This document shows, in pieces, positions 14,101 to 29,100 of a stretch of DNA of 64,000 bases. The DNA lies in the NCBI GenBank assembly GCA_964016885.1, contig OZ024743.1:276582001-276646000 (forward strand). The letters run 5' to 3'. The first letter of the stretch is position 1; each line of letters begins with the position of its first letter. A model generated the notes under the pieces. The model was given only the letters and a program-made list of their open reading frames with translations, had not been told where the DNA came from and ran no database searches. The stretch is from Eledone cirrhosa (Eukaryota). A program made the position numbers and the translations under genes.

Positions 14101-17100
14101 AAACAACATCACCAGCAGTTGCTAGAAGAAGCAACACTAACACCACAAACAACACCACCAGCAGTTGCTAGAAGAAGCAACACTAACACCACAAACAACA
14201 CCACCATCAGTAGCTAGAAGAAGCAACACTAACACCACAAACAACACCACCAGCAGTAGCTAGAAGAAGCAACACTAACACCACAAACAACATCACCAGC
14301 AGTTGCTAAAAGAAGCAACACTAACACCACAAACAACACCACCAGCAGTTGCTAGAAGAAGCAACACTAACACCACAAAAAACACCACCAGCAGTTGCTA
14401 GAAGAAGCAACACTAACACCACAAACAACACCACCAGCAGTAGCTAGAAGAAGCAACACTAACACCACAAACAACACCAGCAGCAGTAGCTAGAAGAAGC
14501 AACACTAACACCACAAACAACATCACCAGCAGTTGCTAGAAGAAGCAACACTAACACCACAAACAACACCACCAGCAGTGGCTAGAAGAAGCAACACTAA
14601 CACCACAAACAACACCACCAGCAGTTGCTAGAAGAAGCAACACTAACACCACAAACAACACCACCAGCAGTTGATAGAAGAAGCAACACTAACACCACAA
14701 ACAACACCACCAGCAGTTGCTAGAAGAAGCAACACTAACACCACAAACAACACCACCAGCAGTTGCTAGAAGAAGGAACACTAACACCACAAACAACATT
14801 ACCAGCAGTAGCTAAAAGAAGCAACACTAACACCACAAACAACATCACCAGCAGTTGCTAGAAGAAGCAACACTAACACCACAAACAACACCACCAGCAG
14901 TTGCTAGAAGGAGCAACACTAACACCACAAACAACACCACCAGCAGTTGCTAGAAGAAGCAACACTAACACCACAAACAACACCACCAGCAGTTGCTAGA
15001 AGAAGCAACACTAACGCCACAAACAACACTACCAGCAGTAGCTAGAAGAAGCAACACTAACACCACAAACAACACCACCAGCAGTAGCTAGAAGAAGCAA
15101 CACTAACACCACAAACAACACCAGCAGCAGTAGCTAGAAGAAGCAACACTAACACCACAAACAACATCACCAGCAGTTGCTAGAAGAAGCAACACTAACA
15201 CCACAAACAACACCACCAGCAGTGGCTAGAAGAAGCAACAATAACACCACAAACAACACCACCAGCAGTTGCTAGAAGAAGCAACACTAACACCACAAAC
15301 AACACCACCAGCAGTTGATAGAAGAAGCAACACTAACACCACAAACAACACCACCAGCAGTTGCAAGAAGAAGCAACACTAACACCACAAACAACACCAC
15401 CAGCAGTTGCTAGAAGAAGGAACACTAACACCACAAACAACACCACCAGCAGTAGCTAAAAGAAGCAACACTAACACCACAAACAACATCACCAGCAGTT
15501 GCTAGAAGAAGCAACACTAACACCACAAACAACGCCACCAGCAGTTGCTAGAAGGAGCAACACTAACACCACAAACAACACCACCAGCAGTTGCTAAAAA
15601 AGCAACACTAACACCACAAACAACACCACCAGCAGTAGCTAGAAGAAGCAACACTAACACCACAAACAACACCACCAGCAGTTGCTAAAAAAGCAACACT
15701 AACACCACAAACAACACCACCAGCAGTAGCTAGAAGAAGCAACACTAACACCACAAACAACACCACCAGCAGTTGCTAGAAGAAGCAACACTAACACCAC
15801 AAACAACACCACCAGCAGTTGCTAAAAAAGCAACACTAACACCACAAACAACACCACCAGCAGTAGCTAGAAGAAGCAACACTAACACCACAAACAACAT
15901 CGCCAGCAGTTGCTAGAAGAAGCAACACTAGCACCACAAACAACACCACCAGCAGTAGCTAGAAGAAGCAACACTAACACCACAAACAACACCACCAGCA
16001 GTTGCTAGAAGAAGCAACACTAACACCACAAAAAACACCACCAGCAGTTGCTAGAAGAAACACTAACACCGCAAACAACACCACCAGCAGTTGCTAGAAG
16101 AAGCAACACTAACACCACAAACAACACCACCAGCAGTTGCTAGAAGAAGCAACACTAACACCACAAACAACACCACCAGCCGTTGCTAGAAGAAGCAACA
16201 CTAACACCACAAACAACACCACCAGTAGTTGCTAGAAGAAGCAACACTAACCCCACAAACAACACCACCAGTAGTTGCTAGAAGAAGCAACACTAACACC
16301 ACAAACAACACCACCAGCAGTTGCTAGAAGCAACACTAACACCACAAACAACACCACCAGCAGTTGCTAGAAGAAGCAACACTAACACCACAAACAACAC
16401 CACCAGCAGTTGCTAGAAGAAGCAACACTAACCCCACAAACATCACCACCAGTAATTGCTAGAAGAAGCAACACTAACACCACAAACAACACCACCAACT
16501 GTTGCTAGAAGCAACACTAACACCACAAACAACACCACCAGCAGTTGCTAGAAGAAGCAACACTAACACCACAAACAACACCACCAGCAGTTGCTAGAAG
16601 AAGCAAGACTAACACCACAAACAACACCATCAGCAGTTGCTAGAAGAATCAACACTAACGCCACAAACAACACCATCAGCAGTTGCTAGAAGAAGCAACA
16701 CTAACACCACAAACAACACCATCAGCAGTTGCTAGAAGAAGCAACACTAACACCACAAACAACACCACCAGCAGTTGCTAGAAGAAGCAACACTAACATC
16801 ACAAACAACACCACCAGCAGTAGCTAGAAGAAGCAACACTAACACCACAAACAACACCACCAGCAGTAGATAGAAGAAGCAACACTAACACCACAAACAA
16901 CACCACCAGCAGTAGCTAGAAGAAGCAACACTAACACCACAAACAACACCATCAGCAGTTGCTAGAAGAAGCAACACTAACACCACAAACAACACCACTA
17001 GCAGTAGCTGGAAGAAGCAACACTAACACCACAAACAACACCACCAGCAGTTGTTAGAAGAAGCAACACTAACACCACAAACAACACCACCAGCAGTTGC

Positions 17101-20100
17101 TAGAAGCAACACTAACACCACAAACAACACCACCAGCAGTTGCTAGAAGAAACAACACTAACACCACAAACAACATCACCAGCAGTTGCTAGAAGAAGCA
17201 ACACTAACACCACAAACAACACCACCAGCAGTTGCTAGAAGAAGCAACACTAACACCACAAACAACAGCACCAGCAGTAGCTAGAAGAAGCAACACTAAT
17301 ACCACAAACAACACCACCAGCAGTAGCTAGAAGAAGCAACACTAACACCACAAACAACATCACCAGCAGTTGCTAAAAGAAGCAACACTAACACCACAAA
17401 CAACACCACCAGCAGTTGCTAGAAGAAGCAACACTAACACCACAAAAAACACCACCAGCAGTTGCTAGAAGAAGCAACACTAACACCACAAACAACACCA
17501 CCAGCAGTAGCTAGAAGAAGCAACACTAACACCACAAACAACACCAGCAGCAGTAGCTAGAAGAAGCAACACTAACACCACAAACAACATCACCAGCAGT
17601 TGCTAGAAGAAGCAACACTAACACCACAAACAACACCACCAGCAGTGGCTAGAAGAAGCAACACTAACACCACAAACAACACCACCAGCAGTTGCTAGAA
17701 GAAGCAACACTATCACCACAAACAACACCACCAGCAGTTGATAGAAGAAGCAACACTAACACCACAAACAACACCACCAGCAGTTGCTAGAAGAAGCAAC
17801 ACTAACACCACAAACAACACCACCAGCAGTTGCTAGAAGAAGGAACACTAACACCACAAACAACATCGCCAGGAGTTGCTAGAAGAAGCAACACTAACAC
17901 CACAAACAACACCACCAGCAGTAGCTAGAAGAAGCAACACTAACACCACAAACAACACCACCAGCAGTTGCTAGAAGAAGCAACACTAACACCACAAACA
18001 ACACCACCAGCAGTTGCTAGAAGAAACACTAACACCGCAAACAACACCACCAGCAGTTGCTAGAAGAAGCAACACTAACACCACAAACAACACCACCAGC
18101 AGTTGCTAGAACAAGCAACACTAACACCACAAACAACACCACCAGCAGTTGCTAGAAGAAGCAACACTAACACCACAAACAACACCACCAGTAGTTGCTA
18201 GAAGAAGCAACACTAACCCCACAAACAACACCACCAGTAGTTGCTAGAAGAAGCAACACTAACACCACAAACAACACCACCAGCAGTTGCTAGAAGCAAC
18301 ACTAACACCACAAACAACACCACCAGCAGTTGCTAGAAGAAGCAACACTAACACCACAAACAACACCACCAGCAGTTGCTAGAAGAAGCAACACTAACCC
18401 CACAAACATCACCACCAGTAATTGCTAGAAGAAGCAACACTAACACCACAAACAACACCACCAACTGTTGCTAGAAGCAACACTAACACCACAAACAACA
18501 CCACCAGCAGTTGCTAGAAGAAGCAACACTAACACCACAAACAACACCACCAGCAGTTGCTAGAAGAAGCAAGACTAACACCACAAACAACACCATCAGC
18601 AGTTGCTAGAAGAATCAACACTAACGCCACAAACAACACCATCAGCAGTTGCTAGAAGAAGCAACACTAACACCACAAACAACACCATCAGCAGTTGCTA
18701 GAAGAAGCAACACTAACACCACAAACAACACCACCAGCAGTTGCTAGAAGAAGCAACACTAACATCACAAACAACACCACCAGCAGTAGCTAGAAGAAGC
18801 AACACTAACACCACAAACAACACCACCAGCAGTAGATAGAAGAAGCAACACTAACACCACAAACAACACCACCAGCAGTAGCTAGAAGAAGCAACACTAA
18901 CACCACAAACAACACCATCAGCAGTTGCTAGAAGAAGCAACTCTAACACCACAAACAACACCACTAGCAGTAGCTGGAAGAAGCAACACTAACACCACAA
19001 ACAACACCACCAGCAGTTGTTAGAAGAAGCAACACTAACACCACAAACAACACCACCAGCAGTTGCTAGAAGCAACACTAACACCACAAACAACACCACC
19101 AGCAGTTGCTAGAAGAAACAACACTAACACCACAAACAACATCACCAGCAGTTGCTAGAAGAAGCAACACTAACACCACAAACAACACCACCAGCAGTTG
19201 CTAGAAGAAGCAACACTAACACCACAAACAACAGCACCAGCAGTAGCTAGAAGAAGCAACACTAACACCACAAACAACACCACCAGCAGTAGCTAGAAGA
19301 AGCAACACTAACACCACAAACAACATCACCAGCAGTTGCTAAAAGAAGCAACACTAACACCACAAACAACACGACCAGCAGTTGCTAGAAGAAGCAACAC
19401 TAACACCACAAAAAACACCACCAGCAGTTGCTAGAAGAAGCAACACTAACACCACAAACAACACCACCAGCAGTAGCTAGAAGAAGCAACACTAACACCA
19501 CAAACAACACCAGCAGCAGTAGCTAGAAGAAGCAACACTAACACCACAAACAACATCACCAGCAGTTGCTAGAAGAAGCAACACTAACACCACAAACAAC
19601 ACCACCAGCAGTGGCTAGAAGAAGCAACACTAACACCACAAACAACACCACCAGCAGTTGCTAGAAGAAGCAACACTATCACCACAAACACCACCAGCAG
19701 TTGATAGAAGAAGCAACACTAACACCACAAACAACACCACCAGCAGTTGCTAGAAGAAGCAACACTAACACCACAAACAACACCACCAGCAGTTGCTAGA
19801 AGAAGGAACACTAACACCACAAACAACATCGCCAGGAGTTGCTAGAAGAAGCAACACTAACACCACAAACAACACCACCAGCAGTAGCTAGAAGAAGCAA
19901 CACTAACACCACAAACAACACCACCAGCAGTTGCTAGAAGAAGCAACACTAACACCACAAACAACACCACCAGCAGTTGCTAGAAGAAACACTAACACCG
20001 CAAACAACACCACCAGCAGTTGCTAGAAGAAGCAACACTAACACCACAAACAACACCACCAGCAGTTGCTAGAACAAGCAACACTAACACCACAAACAAC

Positions 20101-23100
20101 ACCACCAGCAGTTGCTAGAAGAAGCAACACTAACACCACAAACAACACCACCAGTAGTTGCTAGAAGAAGCAACACTAACCCCACAAACAACACCACCAG
20201 TAGTTGCTAGAAGAAGCAACACTAACACCACAAACAACACCACCAGCAGTTGCTAGAAGCAACACTAACACCACAAACAACACCACCAGCAGTTGCTAGA
20301 AGAAGCAACACTAACACCACAAACAACACCACCAGCAGTTGCTAGAAGAAGCAACACTAACCCCACAAACAACACCACCAGTAATTGCTAGAAGAAGCAA
20401 CACTAACACCACAAACAACACCACCAGCAGTTGCTAGAAGCAACACTAACACCACAAACAACACCACCAGCAGTTGCTAGAAGAAGCAACACTAACACCA
20501 CAAACAACACCACCAGCAGTTGCTAGAAGAAGCAAGACTAACACCACAAACAACACCATCAGCAGTTGCTAGAAGAAGCAACACTAACGCCACAAACAAC
20601 ACCATCAGCAGTTGCTAGAAGAAGCAACACTAACACCACAAACAACACCATCAGCAGTTGCTAGAAGAAGCAACACTAACACCACAAACAACACCACCAG
20701 CAGTTGCTAGAAGAAGCAACACTAACGCCACAAACAACACCACCAGCAGTTTCGAGAAGAAGCAACACTAACACCACAAACAACACCACCAGCAGTTACT
20801 AGAAGAAGCAACACTAACACCACAAACAACACCACCAGCAGTAGCTAGAAGAAGCAACACTAACACCACAAACAACACCACCAGCAGTAGATAGAAGAAG
20901 CAACACTAACACCACAAACAACACCACCAGCAGTAGCTAGAAGAAGCAACACTAACACCACAAACAACACCATCAGCAGTTGCTAGAAGAAGCAACACTA
21001 ACACCACAAACAACACCACTAGCAGTAGCTAGAAGAAGCAACACTAACACCACAAACAACACCACCAGCAGTTGTTAGAAGAAGCAACACTAACACCACA
21101 AACAACACCACCAGCAGTTGCTAGAAGCAACACTAACACCACAAACAACACCACCAGCAGTTGCTAGAAGAAACAACACTAACACCACAAACAACATCAC
21201 CAGCAGTTGCTAGAAGAAGCAACACTAACACCACAAACAACACCACCAGCAGTTGCTAGAAGAAGCAACACTAACACCACAAACAACACCACCATCAGTA
21301 GCTAGAAGAAGCAACACTAACACCACAAACAACACCACCAGCAGTAGCTAGAAGAAGCAACACTAACACCACAAACAACATCACCAGCAGTTGCTAAAAG
21401 AAGCAACACTAACACCACAAACAACACCACCAGCAGTTGCTAGAAGAAGCAACACTAACACCACAAAAAACACCACCAGCAGTTGCTAGAAGAAGCAACA
21501 CTAACACCACAAACAACACCACCAGCAGTAGCTAGAAGAAGCAACACTAACACCACAAACAACACCAGCAGCAGTAGCTAGAAGAAGCAACACTAACACC
21601 ACAAACAACATCACCAGCAGTTGCTAGAAGAAGCAACACTAACACCACAAACAACACCACCAGCAGTGGCTAGAAGAAGCAACACTAACACCACAAACAA
21701 CACCACCAGCAGTTGCTAGAAGAAGCAACACTAACACCACAAACAACACCACCAGCAGTTGATAGAAGAAGCAACACTAACACCACAAACAACACCACCA
21801 GCAGTTGCTAGAAGAAGCAACACTAACACCACAAACAACACCACCAGCAGTTGCTAGAAGAAGGAACACTAACACCACAAACAACATTACCAGCAGTAGC
21901 TAAAAGAAGCAACACTAACACCACAAACAACATCACCAGCAGTTGCTAGAAGAAGCAACACTAACACCACAAACAACACCACCAGCAGTTGCTAGAAGGA
22001 GCAACACTAACACCACAAACAACACCACCAGCAGTTGCTAGAAGAAGCAACACTAACACCACAAACAACACCACCAGCAGTTGCTAGAAGAAGCAACACT
22101 AACACCACAAACAACACCACCAGCAGTTGCTAGAAGAAGCAACACTAACCCCACAAACAACACCACCAGTAATTGCTAGAAGAAGCAACACTAACACCAC
22201 AAACAACACCACCAGCAGTTGCTAGAAGCAACACTAACACCACAAACAACACCACCAGCAGTTGCTAGAAGAAGCAACACTAACACCACAAACAACACCA
22301 CCAGCAGTTGCTAGAAGAAGCAAGACTAACACCACAAACAACACCATCAGCAGTTGCTAGAAGAAGCAACACTAACGCCACAAACAACACCATCAGCAGT
22401 TGCTAGAAGAAGCAACACTAACACCACAAACAACACCATCAGCAGTTGCTAGAAGAAGCAACACTAACACCACAAACAACACCACCAGCAGTTGCTAGAA
22501 GAAGCAACACTAACGCCACAAACAACACCACCAGCAGTTTCGAGAAGAAGCAACACTAACACCACAAACAACACCACCAGCAGTTGCTAGAAGAAGCAAC
22601 ACTAACACCACAAACAACACCACCAGCAGTAGCTAGAAGAAGCAACACTAACACCACAAACAACACCACCAGCAGTAGATAGAAGAAGCAACACTAACAC
22701 CACAAACAACACCACCAGCAGTAGCTAGAAGAAGCAACACTAACACCACAAACAACACCATCAGCAGTTGCTAGAAGAAGCAACACTAACACCACAAACA
22801 ACACCACTAGCAGTAGCTAGAAGAAGCAACACTAACACCACAAACAACACCACCAGCAGTTGTTAGAAGAAGCAACACTAACACCACAAACAACACCACC
22901 AGCAGTTGCTAGAAGCAACACTAACACCACAAACAACACCACCAGCAGTTGCTAGAAGAAACAACACTAACACCACAAACAACATCACCAGCAGTTGCTA
23001 GAAGAAGCAACACTAACACCACAAACAACACCACCAGCAGTTGCTAGAAGAAGCAACACTAACACCACAAACAACACCACCATCAGTAGCTAGAAGAAGC

Positions 23101-26100
23101 AACACTAACACCACAAACAACACCACCAGCAGTAGCTAGAAGAAGCAACACTAACACCACAAACAACATCACCAGCAGTTGCTAAAAGAAGCAACACTAA
23201 CACCACAAACAACACCACCAGCAGTTGCTAGAAGAAGCAACACTAACACCACAAAAAACACCACCAGCAGTTGCTAGAAGAAGCAACACTAACACCACAA
23301 ACAACACCACCAGCAGTAGCTAGAAGAAGCAACACTAACACCACAAACAACACCAGCAGCAGTAGCTAGAAGAAGCAACACTAACACCACAAACAACATC
23401 ACCAGCAGTTGCTAGAAGAAGCAACACTAACACCACAAACAACACCACCAGCAGTGGCTAGAAGAAGCAACACTAACACCACAAACAACACCACCAGCAG
23501 TTGCTAGAAGAAGCAACACTAACACCACAAACAACACCACCAGCAGTTGATAGAAGAAGCAACACTAACACCACAAACAACACCACCAGCAGTTGCTAGA
23601 AGAAGCAACACTAACACCACAAACAACACCACCAGCAGTTGCTAGAAGAAGGAACACTAACACCACAAACAACATTACCAGCAGTAGCTAAAAGAAGCAA
23701 CACTAACACCACAAACAACATCACCAGCAGTTGCTAGAAGAAGCAACACTAACACCACAAACAACACCACCAGCAGTTGCTAGAAGGAGCAACACTAACA
23801 CCACAAACAACACCACCAGCAGTTGCTAGAAGAAGCAACACTAACACCACAAACAACACCACCAGCAGTTGCTAGAAGAAGCAACACTAACGCCACAAAC
23901 AACACCATCAGCAGTTGCTAGAAGAAGCAACACTAACACCACAAACAACACCATCAGCAGTTGCTAGAAGAAGCAACACTAACACCACAAACAACACCAC
24001 CAGCAGTTGCTAGAAGAAGCAACACTAACACCACAAACAACACCACCAGCAGTTGCTAGAAGCAACACTATCACCACAAACAACACCACCAGCAGTTGCT
24101 AGAAGAAGCAACACTAACACCACAAACAACACCACCAGCAGTTGCTAAAAAAGCAACACTAACACCACAAACAACACCACCAGCAGTAGCTAGAAGAAGC
24201 AACACTAACACCACAAACAACATCGCCAGCAGTTGCTAGAAGAAGCAACACTAACACCACAAACAACACCACCAGCAGTAGCTAGAAGAAGCAACACTAA
24301 CACCACAAACAACACCACCAGCAGTTGCTAGAAGAAGCAACACTAACACCACAAACAACACCACCAGCAGTTGCTAGAAGAAACACTAACACCACAAACA
24401 ACACCACCAGCAGTTGCTAGAAGAAGCAACACTAACACCACAAACAACACCACCAGCAGTTGCTAGAAGAAGCAACACTAACACCACAAACAACACCATC
24501 AGCAGTTGCTAGGAGAAGCAACACTAACACCACAAAAAACACCACCAGCAGTTGCTAGAAGAAGCAACACTAACACCACAAACAACACCACCAGCAGTTG
24601 CTAGAAGAAGCAACACTAACCCCACAAACAATACAACCAGTAGTTGCTAGAAGAAGCAACACTAACACCACAAACAACACCACCAGCAGTTGCTAGAAGC
24701 AACACTAACACCACAAACAACACCACCAGCAGTTGCTAGAAGAAGCAACACTAACACCACAAACAACACCACCAGCAGTTGCTAGAAGAAGCAACACTAA
24801 CCCCACAAACAACACCACCAGCAGTTGCTAGAAGCAACACTAACACCACAAACAACACCACCAGCAATTGCTAGAAGAAGCAAGACTAACACCACAAACA
24901 ACACCATCAGCAGTTCCTAGAAGAAGCAACACTAACGCCACAAACAACACCATCAGCAGTTGCTAGAAGAAGCAACACTAACACCACAAACAACACCATC
25001 AGCAGTTGCTAGAAGAAGCAACACTAACACCACAAACAACACCACCAGCAGTTGCTAGAAGAAACAACACTAACACCACAAACAACACCACCAGCAGTTG
25101 CTAGAAGCAACACTATCACCACAAACAACACCACCAGCAGTTGCTAGAAGAAGCAACACTAACACCACAAACAACACCACCAGCAGTTGCTAAAAAAGCA
25201 ACACTAACACCACAAACAACACCACCAGCAGTAGCTAGAAGAAGCAACACTAACACCACAAACAACATCGCCAGCAGTTGCTAGAAGAAGCAACACTAAC
25301 ACCACAAACAACACCACCAGCAGTAGCTAGAAGAAGCAACACTAACACCACAAACAACACCACCAGCAGTTGCTAGAAGAAACACTAACACCACAAACAA
25401 CACCACCAGCAGTTGCTAGAAGAAGCAACACTAACACCACAAACAACACCACCAGCAGTTGCTAGAAGAAGCAACACTAACACCACAAACAACACCACCA
25501 GCAGTTGCTAGAAGAAGCAACACTAACACCACAAACAACACCACCAACAGTTGCTAGAAGGAGGAACACTAACCCCACAAACTACACCACCAGCAGTTGC
25601 TAGAAGAAGCAACACTAACACCACAAACAACATCACCAGCAGTTGCTAGAAGAAGCAACACTAACACCACAAACAACACCACCAGCAGTTGCTAGAAGAA
25701 GCAACACTAACACCACAAACAACACCACCAGCAGTTGCTAGAAGAAGGAACACTAACACCACAAACAACACCACCAGCAGTTGCTAGAAGGAGCAACACT
25801 AGCGCCACAAACAACACCACCAGCAGTTGCAAGAAGCAACACTAACACCACAAACAACACCATCAGCAGTTGCTAGAAGAAGCAACACTAACACCACAAA
25901 CAACACCATCAGCAGTTGCTAGAAGAAGCAACACTAACACCACAAACAACACCACCAGCAGTTGCTAGAAGAAGCAACACTAACACCACAAACAACACCA
26001 TCAGCAGTTGCTAGAAGAAGCAACACTAACACCACAAACAACACCACCAGCAGTAGCTAGAAGAAGCAACACTAACACCACAAACAACACCACCAGCAGT

Positions 26101-29100
26101 TGCTAGAACAAGCAACACTAACACCACAAACAGCACCACCAGCAGTTGCTAGAAGAAGCAACACTAACACCACAAACAACACCATCAGCAGTTGCTAGAA
26201 GAAGCAACACTAACGCCACAAACAACACCATCAGCAGTTGCTAGAAGAAGCAACACTAACACCACAAACAAAACCACCAGCAGTTGCTAGAAGAAGCAAC
26301 ACTAACACCACAAACAACACCACCAGCAGTTGCTAGAAGAAGGAACACTAACACCACAAATAACACCACCAGCAGTAGCTAGAAGAAGCAACACTAACAC
26401 CACAAATAACACCACCAGCAGTTGCTAGAAGAAGGAACACTAACACCACAAACAAGACCACCAGCAGTAGCTAGAAGAAGCAACACTAACACCACAAACA
26501 ACACCACCAGCAGTTGCTAGAAGGAGGAACACTAACACCACAAACTACACCACCAGCAGTTGCTAGAAGAAGCAACACTAACACCACAAACAACATCACC
26601 AGCAGTTGCTAGAAGAAGCAACACTAACACCACAAACAACACCACCAGCAGTTGCTAGAAGAAGCAACACTAACACCACAAACAACACCACCAGCAGTTG
26701 CTAGAAGAAGGAACACTAACACCACAAACAACACCACCAGCAGTTGTTAGAAGGAGCAACACTAGCGCCACAAACAACACCACCAGCAGTTGCTAGAAGA
26801 AGCAACACTAACACCACAAACAACACCACCAGCAGTTGCTAGAAGAAGCAACACTAACACCACAAACAACACCACCAGCAGTTGCTAGAAGAAGCAACAC
26901 TAACACCACAAACAACACCACCAGCAGTAGCTAGAAGCAACACTAACACCACAAACAACACCACCAGCAGTTGCTAGAAGAAGCAACACTAACACCACAA
27001 ACAACACCACCAGCAGTTGCTAGAAGAAGCAACACTAACACCACAAACAACACCACCAGCAGTTGCTAGAAGCAACACTATCACCACAAACAACACCACC
27101 AGCAGTTGCTAGAAGAAGCAACACTAACACCACAAACAACACCACCAGCAGTTGCTGAAATAGCAACACTAACACCACAAACAACACCACCAGCAGTAGC
27201 TAGAAGAAGCAACACTAACACCACAAACAACATCGCAAGCAGTTGCTAGAAGAAGCAACACTAACACCACAAACAACACCACCAGCAGTAGCTAGAAGAA
27301 GCAACACTAACACCACAAACAACACCACCAGCAGTTGCTAGAAGAAGCAACACTAGCACCACAAACAACACCACCAGCAGTTGCTAGAAGAAACACTAAC
27401 ACCACAAACAACACCACCAGCAGTTGGTAGAAGAAGCAACACTAACACCACAAACAACACCACCAGCAGTTGCTAGAAGAAGCAACACTAACCCCACAAA
27501 CAACACCACCAGCAGTTGCTAGAAGCAACACTAACACCACAAACAACACCACCAGCAGTTGCTAGAAGAAGCAACACTAACACCACAAACAACACCACCA
27601 GCAGTTGCTAGAAGAAGCAAGACTAACACCACAAACAACACCATCAGCAGTTCCTAGAAGAAGCAACCCTAACGCCACAAACAACACCATCAGCAGTTTC
27701 TAGAAGAAGCAACACTAACACCACAAACAACACCACCAGCAGTTGCTAGAAGAAGCAACACTAACACCACAAACAACACCATCAGCAGTTGCTAGAAGAA
27801 GCAACACTAACACCACAAACAACACCACCAGCAGTTGCTAGAAGAAGCAACACTAGCACCACAAACAACACCACCAGCAGTTGCTAGAAGAAGCAACACT
27901 AACACCACAAACAGCACCACCAGCAGTTGCTAGAAGAAGCAACACTAACACCACAAACATCACCATCAGCAGTTGTTAGAAGAAGCAACACTAACGCCAC
28001 AAACAACACCACCAGCAGTTGCTAGAAGAAGCAACACTAACACCACAAACAACACCACCAGCAGTTGCTAGAAGAAGCAACACTAACACCACAAACAACA
28101 CCACCAGCAGTTGCTAGAAGAAGGAACACTAACACCACAAATAACACCACCAGCAGTAGCTAGAAGAAGCAACACTAACACCACAAATAACACCACCAGC
28201 AGTTGCTAGAAGAAGGAACACTAACACCACAAACAACACCACCAGCAGTAGCTAGAAGAAGCAACACTAACACCACAAACAACATCACCAGCAGTTGCTA
28301 GAAGAAGCAACACTAACACCACAAACAACACCACCAACAGTTGCTAGAAGGAGGAACACTAACCCCACAAACTACACCACCAGCAGTTGCTAGAAGAAGC
28401 AACACTAACACCACAAACAACATCACCAGCAGTTGCTAGAAGAAGCAACACTAACACCACAAACAACACCACCAGCAGTTGCTAGAAGAAGCAACACTAA
28501 CACCACAAACAACACCACCAGCAGTTGCTAGAAGAAGGAACACTAACACCACAAACAACACCACCAGCAGTTGCTAGAAGGAGCAACACTAGCGCCACAA
28601 ACAACACCACCAGCAGTTGCAAGAAGCAACACTAACACCACAAACAACACCACCAGCAGTTGCTAGAAGAAGCAACACTAACACCACAAACAACACCACC
28701 AGCAGTTGCTAGAAGAAGCAACACAAACACCACAAACAACACCACCAGCAGTAGCTAGAAGCAACACTAACACCACAAACAACACCACCAGCAGTTGCTA
28801 GAAGAAGCAACACTAACACCACAAACAACACCACCGGCAGTTGCTAGAAGAAGCAACACTAACACCACAAACAACACCACCAGCAGTTGCTAGAAGCAAC
28901 ACTATCACCACAAACAACACCACCAGCAGTTGCTAGAAGAAGCAACACTAACACCACAAACAACACCACCAGCAGTTGCTGAAAAAGCAACACTAACACC
29001 ACAAACAACACCACCAGCAGTAGCTAGAAGAAGCAACACTAACACCACAAACAACATCGCCAGCAGTTGCTAGAAGAAGCAACACTAACACCACAAACAA

